A DNA stretch of 64,000 nt from the NCBI GenBank assembly GCA_942492595.1, contig CALOFK010000001.1:80366-144365 (forward strand), in the 5' to 3' direction. Positions 44,481 through 53,020 of the stretch are shown here, in pieces. Both the position numbers and the translations under genes were made by a program. The first letter of the stretch is position 1, and each line of letters starts with the position of its first letter. Source of the DNA: an uncultured Marinilabiliaceae bacterium. GTDB lineage: Bacteria; Bacteroidota; Bacteroidia; Bacteroidales; VadinHA17. The notes under the pieces were generated by a model. The model ran no database searches, was not told the origin of the DNA, and worked only from the letters and a program-made list of their open reading frames with translations.

Positions 44481-44921
44481 TCAAATTAATATATCCGCAG
44501 AATTCTTTGCAGTACTTACAAGGCTGTAAACAGATTTACTTTCAAATACTTTTTCTATACTCCTTCGTTGTTTAACATAATCGCCATGCAGGGCGCAGGC
44601 TATTTTATTCTTGTCGATGCTCTTACAATTATCGTTATGCAGAACACATCTTGAAAATACATCATCCCCATCAATTGCTTTTACTACCTCAATAAGATAA
44701 ATTTCTTTGGGCGATCTTGCCAGAGAAAAACCACCGTTAGGTCCTTTTGAAGAGAGTAATATCTTCTTCTTGGCCAAAGACTGTAATATTTTAGCCAGGA
44801 ATGGCATTGGTAATTCAAGGTCGGCAGATATTTTTTTTATACCAATTTTTTCACCACCATTACTATTTCCGGCAATATAAACTATTGCCCTTAATCCATA
44901 CTTACAGGTATTTGATAACAT
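44481..44921 (-). CDS. Rrf2 family transcriptional regulator (third paralog)
   Basis: LSNTCKYGLRA, SSKGPNGGF, C-x6-C-x9-C-x2-H. Confidence 0.93.
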   Translation of the reverse strand: MLSNTCKYGLRAIVYIAGNSNGGEKIGIKKISADLELPMPFLAKILQSLAKKKILLSSKGPNGGFSLARSPKEIYLIEVVKAIDGDDVFSRCVLHNDNCKSIDKNKIACALHGDYVKQRRSIEKVFESKSVYSLVSTAKNSADILI

Positions 44922-44923
44922 AG

Positions 44924-45370
44924 TTAGAGACGTTTAAGAGATATTTTCTTAATTCTTCTTTCGTGTCTCCCCCCTTCAAAGGCAGTAGTAAGAAAAGTAT
45001 TAACAATCAATATTGCTTCTGATTCTGAAATAAACCTTCCTGGCAAAGCACATACATTTGCATCATTATGTGCCCTTGACAGCTTGCTTATTTCTTCGTT
45101 CCAGCATAGCGCAGATCTGATTGCAGGATATTTATTAGCTACCATATTAATCCCGTTTCCACTTCCGCAAATAGTAATACCCACATCGTAAGTACGTGCT
45201 TCAACAGCCGCTACCGCAGGATGCGCAACATCAGGATAATCAACACTCTCTTCGGAGAAACATCCAAAATCTTTAAGTTCATAGCCTTCTTTTGAAAGAT
45301 ATTTAACAAGCTTCTCTTTAAGAACAAAACCTGCGTGATCGGCCGCTATTGCAATTTTCCTGCTTTTCAA
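44924..45370 (-). CDS. rpiB: Ribose 5-phosphate isomerase B
   Basis: IAADHAG, VDYPD, ICGSGNGI, AHNDANV, FEGGRHERRI. TTG start. Confidence 0.96.
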   Translation of the reverse strand: MKSRKIAIAADHAGFVLKEKLVKYLSKEGYELKDFGCFSEESVDYPDVAHPAVAAVEARTYDVGITICGSGNGINMVANKYPAIRSALCWNEEISKLSRAHNDANVCALPGRFISESEAILIVNTFLTTAFEGGRHERRIKKISLKRL

Positions 45371-45888
45371 TGTTTAATATTTAAAATGTTTTTTAAATAT
45401 ACCAAGAATTATTAAGCGATTTTAGCATCCTTTTATCTTTTCCCGGTTTATGAGACTCTTTAGTGCAACAAGCATGGAAAGCAAAATGTTTAAAACAACT
45501 TTAATATAGTGTTTATTATTTGTGCATAAAGGGTGTATGCTTTTACCTTAAACCTGTCCTTTGTAAAACTATTCTTTGCTATATAAATATTGTTTTTATT
45601 TCCTAGCATTATTTTTAAAATAGATAAAACAAAGAATTAACTATCAATAAACAGTAAAATGGGTATTTTTGATTTTTAGTTTCTATTAACAAAGCTGTAT
45701 TAACAGGTGTTAATAAATATGATAAGTGGTTGATTCTCAAAAAAGGTATAATTTTTGATCTGTTGATAAGATGTTTTAATAATATTGATTACTTAAAAAT
45801 CAATGCTTTTGTTCTTTTTATATAAACAGTATCAACAGCATATATACATTATTATAAATAAATTTAAATTATATAATATTAATATATA
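45371..45888. other. Candidate chromosomal replication origin (oriC)
   Basis: A 518-bp gene-free AT-rich gap. TGTGCATAA (45521, perfect TTWTNCACA on -), CTATTAACA (45683), GTATTAACA (45697), TGTTAATAA (45708), TGTTGATAA (45761), GTATCAACA (45829). A 50-bp almost pure A/T tract at 45841-45890. Apparent skew switch, with mnmG and parS downstream. Confidence 0.7.
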
Positions 45889-46884
45889 ATGTTTAATAAG
45901 GTGAATAATTTATCAAAGGGATATCTGGATATTGAAATTGATCCTGATATTAATGTTATAGAGGAAATAAAAAAAATGAGAAAGGAAAAAAATGCTGTTA
46001 TCCTTGCTCATTTCTATCAGACAGGTGATATCCAGGATATTGCGGATTTTGTTGGCGACAGTCTTGCCCTTTCAAGAGAAGCAGCAAAATCAGATGCTGA
46101 TATTATTCTTTTTGCCGGTGTTCATTTTATGGCTGAAACGGCCAAATTACTTGCACCTGATAAAAAAGTATTAATCCCTGACCTTAATGCTGGTTGTTCA
46201 CTGGCTGATTCCTGTCCGCCCGATGAATTTAAAAAATTTGTAGAGTCAAATCCTGATCGTACCGTAATAACATATGTAAATTCTACAGCAGAAATAAAGG
46301 CACTTACTGATATAGTATGCACCTCTTCAAATGCTTTTCAGATTGTTGAATCTTTACCTAAGGATGAAAAATTAATATTTGCACCCGACCGGAATCTTGG
46401 TAATTATATAAATGCCAGGGTTAATCGTGATATGCTTATATGGGATGGTGCCTGTCATGTTCACGAGGAATTTTCGATCGAAGAGATTATTAAATTAAAG
46501 CAAAAATATCCCGATGCTTCAATAATAGTGCATCCTGAATGTGAATTGCCCGTGAGAATGATAGCTGATTTTATAGGCTCAACAGGTAGTTTACTTAAGT
46601 TTGTAAAGAATGATAATTCCACGATTTATATTGTTGGTACAGAAGCGGGAATTTTGCACCAGATGAAAAAGGCCTGTCCTGATAAAACCTTTATAGCAGC
46701 CCCTCCAAAAGATTCTACCTGTGCTTGTAATGAATGTAATTTTATGAAACTTATATCTTTGAATAAGATATATAATACTTTAAAATACGAATCGCCTGAG
46801 GTTCTAATGGACGAAAAAATAATGGTGCGTGCAGCTCAACCCATTATCAGGATGTTGGAAATTTCAGATAGATTGGGAATTTAG
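45889..46884 (+). CDS. nadA: Quinolinate synthase A
   Basis: ILAHFYQ, DFVGDSL, FAGVHFMAET, AGCSLAD, YVNS, CHVHEEF, VHPEC, CNECNFMK. Confidence 0.97.
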   Translation: MFNKVNNLSKGYLDIEIDPDINVIEEIKKMRKEKNAVILAHFYQTGDIQDIADFVGDSLALSREAAKSDADIILFAGVHFMAETAKLLAPDKKVLIPDLNAGCSLADSCPPDEFKKFVESNPDRTVITYVNSTAEIKALTDIVCTSSNAFQIVESLPKDEKLIFAPDRNLGNYINARVNRDMLIWDGACHVHEEFSIEEIIKLKQKYPDASIIVHPECELPVRMIADFIGSTGSLLKFVKNDNSTIYIVGTEAGILHQMKKACPDKTFIAAPPKDSTCACNECNFMKLISLNKIYNTLKYESPEVLMDEKIMVRAAQPIIRMLEISDRLGI

Positions 46885-48444
46885 ATGAATTATAGAAATC
46901 TATATATTTCTCTTTTTCTTTTTGTTACGGCAATAAGTAATTCTTTTGCACAGCAGCAGCTTATTGAAGACGGCCACCATGTTTTTAAATATCCAAATGG
47001 AACTATATCAAGCGAGGGACTTATTAGAGACGGTAAGCCTGATGGATACTGGAAAAGCTATTATGTAACAGGTGTTCTTAAATCTGAAGGAAAGAGAACC
47101 AACTTTTTACTCGACAGTATCTGGGTTTTTTATACTCAAACAGGGGATACTCTCGAAAAAATATCTTATCTGCTTGGTAAAAAGAGTGGCTATTATCTTA
47201 AGTATAAAAGAGATAATGCGAGGGGTCTATATATTTATTCACGAGAATTATATGCTGCAGATAGCAGGGAGGGCAACGGAATACTTTATTTCCCTGATGG
47301 AAAAATAAAGCAGACAATACCTTATTCATCAGGAAAGAAACAGGGACTTTCGAGAGAATATAACGATGAAGGAGAGATTGTTACCTTATATGAGTATAAT
47401 AATGATTTTCTAATATCCCGTGAGAAAATAAACAGGTATAATAAAGAGAATCAAAAAGAGGGAGACTGGAAAGAATTTTATCCTGATGGAACCCTTAAGA
47501 AGGATATGACATATATCAATGGAGCCTTGCATGGTTATTACAGGGAATATGACGAAAGAGGCATACTGGTACTTGCTATGCTATATGATAATGGTGAACT
47601 TGTTGAAGAAAGTGTTGATGATGATCCAAATATTGAAATAAGAAACAGGTATGATAATAAGGGAACACTTATTTACAGTGGTCCTTACAGGGAAGAAACA
47701 CCAGTTGGTATTCATAGGGAATATAATACTAACGGAGAGGTAATTAAGGCTTATATCTATAATGATAATGGCATAATTGTATCGGAAGGAATAATTACTG
47801 AAGAAGGACAGAGATCGGGGAACTGGAAAAACTTTTATCCCGACGGCTCACTTCAGGAAGAGGGTGCTTACCAGGATAACAGTAGAAGCGGGATATGGAA
47901 TTTTTACAATAAAAAAGGCAATATCATTCAACAAGGAGGATATAGGAATGGTAGGTTTGATGGTAAATGGGAGTGGTACTATGATGACGGAAAAATACTA
48001 AGGGAAGAATATTACTATCTTGGTAAAAGAGATGGAGAGTTTTTTGAATATTCAGAAAATGGAGATATAATAAGCAGCGGATTTTATACCGATAATGAAA
48101 AGAATGGTAGCTGGAAATACGTGGTTGGCGATCATAGGGAAGAAGGAAATTATATTATTGGTTTAAGAGATGGAGTATGGAAGTATTATGATAATGATGG
48201 AAATTTAGAATACAAGGGAAATTATTTACAGGACAACCCTGATGGTTATCATATTTATTACTGGGATTCTGGAAAAGTAAAAGAAGAACAGTATTATAAA
48301 ATGGGTATAAAACAGAGATCATGGAAGAAATATGATCAGGATGGTGTACTTTTAATGACGATAACTTATAAAGATGATATTGAGAAAAGAATAAATGGGG
48401 TAAAGGTTGATTTGCCGGCAAGTGATGTAAAATTAATAAAATAA
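46885..48444 (+). CDS. Secreted MORN-variant repeat (YwqK-like) protein
   Basis: Signal peptide, then many G-x-W-x-x-Y-Y-x-x-G type repeats (e.g. DGYWKSYYVTG, EGDWKEFYPDG, DGKWEWYYDDG). Confidence 0.88.
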   Translation: MNYRNLYISLFLFVTAISNSFAQQQLIEDGHHVFKYPNGTISSEGLIRDGKPDGYWKSYYVTGVLKSEGKRTNFLLDSIWVFYTQTGDTLEKISYLLGKKSGYYLKYKRDNARGLYIYSRELYAADSREGNGILYFPDGKIKQTIPYSSGKKQGLSREYNDEGEIVTLYEYNNDFLISREKINRYNKENQKEGDWKEFYPDGTLKKDMTYINGALHGYYREYDERGILVLAMLYDNGELVEESVDDDPNIEIRNRYDNKGTLIYSGPYREETPVGIHREYNTNGEVIKAYIYNDNGIIVSEGIITEEGQRSGNWKNFYPDGSLQEEGAYQDNSRSGIWNFYNKKGNIIQQGGYRNGRFDGKWEWYYDDGKILREEYYYLGKRDGEFFEYSENGDIISSGFYTDNEKNGSWKYVVGDHREEGNYIIGLRDGVWKYYDNDGNLEYKGNYLQDNPDGYHIYYWDSGKVKEEQYYKMGIKQRSWKKYDQDGVLLMTITYKDDIEKRINGVKVDLPASDVKLIK

Positions 48445-48453
48445 GCCATCTCC

Positions 48454-49476
48454 ATGGTGGAAGAGTTTAATATCCAGAAAGATACTATTTCTAAAGCAGA
48501 CAGGGAATTTGAGAAAAAACTCAGGCCTCTTAGCTTTGACGACTTTAAGGGTCAACCGAAGATTCTTGATAATCTTAGAGTATTTGTTACGGCAGCCAAG
48601 CAGAGAGAGGAAGCACTAGACCATGTTCTTTTACACGGACCTCCGGGACTTGGAAAAACCACCCTTGCCACAATAATAGCCAATGAATTAGGAGTAAATA
48701 TAAAGGTTACCTCAGGTCCTGTTCTGGATAAACCTGGAGATCTTGCCGGATTACTAACCGGCCTGGAAGAAGGAGATGTACTATTTATTGACGAAATACA
48801 TAGATTGAGCCCAATTGTTGAAGAGTATCTTTATTCGGCAATGGAAGACTATCAGATTGATATAATGATTGATAAAGGCCCCAGCGCAAGGTCGGTACAG
48901 CTTACTCTTAATCCCTTTACCCTGATAGGAGCAACAACACGAAGCGGCTTACTTACCAGCCCGCTCAGGGCAAGATTCGGTATTACCCTGCATCTGGAAT
49001 ATTATGACTCAAAAGTGCTCAGTACAATAGTTAACAGGTCGGCCGGTATACTTAATGTACCAATCGAAAAGAATGCCTCTTCAGAAATATCTTCCAGGAG
49101 CAGGGGGACACCAAGGATAGCAAATGCATTATTGAGAAGAATAAGAGACTTTGCCCAGGTAAAAGGGAATGGGCGAATAGATATTGAAATAACAAAGTAT
49201 TCGCTAACATCTTTAAATATAGATAAACATGGTCTTGATGAAATGGACAATAAGATACTAAGCGTTATAATTGATAAATTTATGGGCGGTCCGGTAGGTT
49301 TAAATACTATAGCTACAGCAGTAGGTGAAGACAGTGGAACAATAGAGGAAGTATATGAACCCTTCCTTATCAAAGAAGGATATATAAAGAGAACACCCAG
49401 GGGAAGAGAAGTAACAGAAACAGCTTATATTCACCTTGGAAAGCAGAAATTAGGAGAATCAGGTTTATTATTTTAA
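48454..49476 (+). CDS. ruvB: Holliday junction branch migration helicase RuvB
   Basis: [55 protein letters not shown]. Confidence 0.98.
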   Translation: MVEEFNIQKDTISKADREFEKKLRPLSFDDFKGQPKILDNLRVFVTAAKQREEALDHVLLHGPPGLGKTTLATIIANELGVNIKVTSGPVLDKPGDLAGLLTGLEEGDVLFIDEIHRLSPIVEEYLYSAMEDYQIDIMIDKGPSARSVQLTLNPFTLIGATTRSGLLTSPLRARFGITLHLEYYDSKVLSTIVNRSAGILNVPIEKNASSEISSRSRGTPRIANALLRRIRDFAQVKGNGRIDIEITKYSLTSLNIDKHGLDEMDNKILSVIIDKFMGGPVGLNTIATAVGEDSGTIEEVYEPFLIKEGYIKRTPRGREVTETAYIHLGKQKLGESGLLF

Positions 49477-49553
49477 TTTTGGTAAGTTTATTCTAATAAT
49501 TATATTTATTAGCAGCAAAAAATAAAGGTTTAAAATCTATTAAACGCTTGAAT

Positions 49554-49724
49554 ATGAAATTATTATTAAAAAGATCAGGAATCCTGCTTGTAATTTTGGG
49601 AGTAATTATTCTTGCCTTATCTGAGTTTTCCAAAACGGAAAGTAATAGCATGTTGATTTTAAGTGCTGGTTTAATAGTGGGTGGATTGATAGCATATCTT
49701 ATTATCAATAACTTAATAGAGTAG
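49554..49724 (+). CDS. Small 2-TM membrane protein (56 aa; below the ORF-track cutoff)
   Basis: Hand translation: MKLLLKRSGILLVILGVIILALSEFSKTESNSMLILSAGLIVGGLIAYLIINNLIE*. It fills the gap after ruvB. Confidence 0.72.
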   Translation: MKLLLKRSGILLVILGVIILALSEFSKTESNSMLILSAGLIVGGLIAYLIINNLIE

Positions 49725-49753
49725 CCGTGGGTTAAGAGAAATGATTACTGTTT

Positions 49754-50464
49754 TCAGGCGAAAACATTACTTATTTTATCGAGAGCTCTTTTGTCAATAA
49801 TTTTTATTTTTCTCCCCTTTAATTCAATTAAATTATCAGATTTGAATTCTGATAGCAACCTGATTACAGATTCTGTTGCTGTTCCTACTATATTTGCGAG
49901 CTCCTCTCGGGTTAATGATATATTAAGATAATTCTGCTCGTCCAGACCAAAATCATTAATAAGAAGAATAATAATCTCAGCCAGGCGCTCCCTTACCGTT
50001 TTTTGAGCTATATCTGTAATATAGGAGTTCGCTACGCCAAGTTCATGGCAGGTAAGTTTCATCATATCCATTGAAAAAGCAGAGTTTTCCCTGACAAAAT
50101 CTATTAATAATTTTGCAGGAATATGACAAACAGAAGCATCTTCAATAACTTTTGCAGATGTACAGGCTGGTTCATTACTAAGTATTGAGCGGTATGCGAT
50201 AATGTCGCCCTTTTTTGCAAAACGTATTATTTGCTCCTTACCATCAATGCCAGTTTTAAAAATCTTTATTATCCCTTTATGTATACAGAAAAATCCATTA
50301 AGACGATTTCCTTCGGAATAAAGAAGTTCTCCCCTGTTAAAATTCCTGTAATCTTTTTCAAAATTAATAAGCTCAATTTCTTCTTTTGATAGATTACGGA
50401 AAACAGAACCCGACCTGATTGGGCAATTGTCGCAAAAAGGTATGTAAATTTCTTTTTGTTTCAT
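49754..50464 (-). CDS. Crp/Fnr-family regulator
   Basis: CDNC near the N-terminus, GIIKIFK..DGKEQI, SVCHIP, HTH LTREELANIVGTATESVIRLLSEF. ATG 50464 chosen; GTG 50488 is possible. Confidence 0.93.
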   Translation of the reverse strand: MKQKEIYIPFCDNCPIRSGSVFRNLSKEEIELINFEKDYRNFNRGELLYSEGNRLNGFFCIHKGIIKIFKTGIDGKEQIIRFAKKGDIIAYRSILSNEPACTSAKVIEDASVCHIPAKLLIDFVRENSAFSMDMMKLTCHELGVANSYITDIAQKTVRERLAEIIILLINDFGLDEQNYLNISLTREELANIVGTATESVIRLLSEFKSDNLIELKGRKIKIIDKRALDKISNVFA

Positions 50465-50610
50465 TATCTGATTTAACACCTGAAGCACTCATTTCGAGTG
50501 TTTGTTTGATTTAATGGTGTTATTATACTTATTTCAATACAAATATGGCTAATCAGTTTGATAATAATGCGTAGATTTATAAAAAAATACAGTTAAATAT
50601 CTTTTTTGAT

Positions 50611-51030
50611 ATGATAGAAAGAACAGAAATACAATTAAAGGGAAAAATGGCATTTGAGGTCTCTATCGACGGCCATAAATTTATGATTGATGCCTCTGAA
50701 GAAGTTGGCGGAGAAAACAGAGGCCCTAAACCCAAGAGCCTTATGCTTGCTTCGCTTGCTGGTTGTACGGGAATGGATGTTGCATCCATACTCAGGAAAA
50801 TGAGAGTTCCCTTTGATGATATAAAGATAGAAGTTGAGGGAGAACTAACTGAGCTACACCCAAAACATTTTGATAAGATGCATATTAAGTATTTTATTAA
50901 GGGCAAAGACCTTTCAAGAGAAAAGATAGAAACTGCGATTCAGCTTTCGCAGGATAAGTATTGTGGGGTAAGTTATACCTACAGGGAATCTATGGCGCTT
51001 AGTCACGAGCTTATTATTGAGGAGGTGTAG
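50611..51030 (+). CDS. OsmC/YhfA family protein
   Basis: GPKPKSLMLASLAGCTGMDV and SQDKYCGV. Confidence 0.92.
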   Translation: MIERTEIQLKGKMAFEVSIDGHKFMIDASEEVGGENRGPKPKSLMLASLAGCTGMDVASILRKMRVPFDDIKIEVEGELTELHPKHFDKMHIKYFIKGKDLSREKIETAIQLSQDKYCGVSYTYRESMALSHELIIEEV

Positions 51031-51049
51031 GGCTAAGGGCAAAGGGCTA
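51029..51049 (+). repeat. Heptamer tandem repeat (AGGGCWA)x3
   Basis: AGGGCTA AGGGCAA AGGGCTA bridging the convergent stops of osmC and pheS. Confidence 0.75.
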
Positions 51050-52087
51050 AAATGCAGACCTGAACTGTTCCAGGAATCTGACATCATTTTCGAAATACAA
51101 TCTCAGGTCGTTTACCTGGTATTTTAACATTGTAAGCCTTTCTATTCCCATACCAAAAGCAAAGCCTGTATATTTTTTACTGTCAATTCCACAGCTGTCG
51201 AGAACATTAGGATCAACCATACCACAACCTAGTATTTCAAGCCAACCGGTATACTTACATACATTACATCCCTTTCCTCCACAAATTGTACAGCTTACAT
51301 CCATTTCTGCCGATGGTTCTGTAAAGGGAAAATATGATGGTCTTAGTCGGATTTTAGTACTTGCACCAAACATTTCCCGTGCGAAAAAAAGCAATGTTTG
51401 TTTAAGATCGGCAAAAGAAACATCTTCGTCAATATAAAGACCCTCAACCTGGTGAAAAATACAATGAGCCCGGGCTGAAATGGCCTCATTTCTAAATACC
51501 CTGCCGGGAGAAATAGTCCTTATGGGAGGATTTTCGCTCTGCATAACCCTTACTTGCACAGACGAAGTGTGTGTTCTTAGAAGGATGTCCTCCGGGCTAC
51601 TGTCTTCTCCCGCCTGGCGTTTTATAAAGAAAGTGTCCTGCATGTCTCTTGCCGGATGTTCAGGAGGAAAATTTAGACGTGAGAAGACATGGTCATCATC
51701 TTCAATTTCCGGCCCTTCGGAGATAGTAAAACCAAGGCGTGAAAAGATAGATACTATCTCATTTCTTACATGCGACAGGGGGTGTCTTGTGCCCAAAAAA
51801 ACAGGTGTGCCGGGCCTGGTAAGGTCTTCTGAGGACGATACGCTGTCTGTTTGCTCGAGCTTTTCTTTACTTTTATTATGCTTAAGGGTGGCCGCTTCTT
51901 TTAGTTTATTTATTAGCAGACCAACACTTTTTCTTTCTTCAGGAGCAATATTTTTAAAATCGGTAAAAAGAGAAGGGATCAGGCCTTTTTTACTAAGGAA
52001 CTTTAATCTGAAGTCTTCCAGGTCCTGTAAATTATCAAGTACCTGATCTTCGATTTCCTTTTCAATTTGTTTTATTTTATCAAGCAT
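51047..52087 (-). CDS. pheS: Phenylalanine--tRNA ligase alpha subunit
   Basis: HPARDMQDTF, LRTHTS, HQVEG, FPFTEPS, GCGMV, GIERL. Start placed at ATG 52087 (ORF track 52144). Confidence 0.97.
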   Translation of the reverse strand: MLDKIKQIEKEIEDQVLDNLQDLEDFRLKFLSKKGLIPSLFTDFKNIAPEERKSVGLLINKLKEAATLKHNKSKEKLEQTDSVSSSEDLTRPGTPVFLGTRHPLSHVRNEIVSIFSRLGFTISEGPEIEDDDHVFSRLNFPPEHPARDMQDTFFIKRQAGEDSSPEDILLRTHTSSVQVRVMQSENPPIRTISPGRVFRNEAISARAHCIFHQVEGLYIDEDVSFADLKQTLLFFAREMFGASTKIRLRPSYFPFTEPSAEMDVSCTICGGKGCNVCKYTGWLEILGCGMVDPNVLDSCGIDSKKYTGFAFGMGIERLTMLKYQVNDLRLYFENDVRFLEQFRSAF

Positions 52088-52121
52088 TTTTTCTGTTTGC
52101 TGCAAAGATAGAATTAAAGGA

Positions 52122-52937
52122 TTATTTTTTTGTGATTTTGGCACTGATTATAACGACATCCTGATTTGGTTTGCCTTCCGGGCTGGTCTTAACCGCAGCA
52201 ATCGAATCTACAATATCCAGTCCCTCCACAACTTCTCCAAAAACAGTATACTGCATATCAAGATGTGGTGTTCCTCCTACAGTCCTATAAATTTCCCTGT
52301 GTTCCTCAGGTATAACAAAGGGCTCCATTTCTGCAATTTCATCATAGGTTAAAACGGTAGCAAATTCCTGAATTTCTGCATCGCTCATACTATCACCTTC
52401 TTCTTCAACCCTCTTTTTTTCGTTTATAAGGTTTTTATAGAAGACGCCCTGCTGCAGATTGGCATTAACCCTTCTTTCAATTTCAGTAATTTGTTCGTCA
52501 TCCATTATCATTCCCTGTACAATATAAAATTGTGTACCTGATGAATTTCTTTCGGGGTTAACGCGATCTCCCATTCTTGCCGCGGCCAGAACTCCTTTTT
52601 TATGAAAATTGCTTATATTTATTTCTGCCGGGATAGTATAGTTATACTGCTCTAAAGCTTCTTCTGAAAGATCTTCTCTTGTTGAAGGATCGCCGGCCTG
52701 TATCATAAATTCATTAATTACCCTGTGAAATTTAATGCCGTCGTAGAATTTTTCTTTTACAAGGTTGATCATGTTTTCTTTATGAAGTGGCGTATTATTA
52801 TAAAGCCGTATCTTAATGGTGCCCTCAGATGTTGTGAAAGTAACATACCTGGTTTTTTCGCTATTATTTGAAGAGCAGGCAAAAAAGGAAATTAATATTC
52901 CTAAAAGAATTGAAAAATACAAGGATCGGTATTTCAT
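52122..52937 (-). CDS. Cyclophilin-type peptidyl-prolyl isomerase, lipoprotein
   Basis: Lipobox FFAC, FHRVINEFMIQAGD, SGTQFYIV, PHLDMQYTVFGEV. Confidence 0.95.
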   Translation of the reverse strand: MKYRSLYFSILLGILISFFACSSNNSEKTRYVTFTTSEGTIKIRLYNNTPLHKENMINLVKEKFYDGIKFHRVINEFMIQAGDPSTREDLSEEALEQYNYTIPAEINISNFHKKGVLAAARMGDRVNPERNSSGTQFYIVQGMIMDDEQITEIERRVNANLQQGVFYKNLINEKKRVEEEGDSMSDAEIQEFATVLTYDEIAEMEPFVIPEEHREIYRTVGGTPHLDMQYTVFGEVVEGLDIVDSIAAVKTSPEGKPNQDVVIISAKITKK

Positions 52938-53020
52938 TACGTTTAAGTTTTGTAATTTTAAAATATCAGAGTTTCAAAAATAGCTAAAAGTTTGTGAACT
53001 AGCACCTTTAAATAAATTAA

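Noticed and set aside
45784-45804. FNR box (TTGAT...ATCAA) in the oriC candidate
   Set aside because: The spacer is 9 nt rather than 4. It is kept only as an unassigned inverted repeat.
46885-48444. Toxin-antitoxin system (YwqK antitoxin label)
   Set aside because: It is only a MORN-variant repeat protein with a signal peptide; no toxin gene lies next to it, between nadA and ruvB.
49493-49708. 71-aa minus-strand ORF
   Set aside because: It is antisense to a better two-TM ORF at 49554..49724.
51480-52046. 188-aa + strand ORF
   Set aside because: It lies wholly antisense to pheS and has no recognisable motifs; a shadow ORF. The same applies to 12384..12812, 18762..19181, 20502..20930, 61603..62016 and the other short antisense ORFs in the track.
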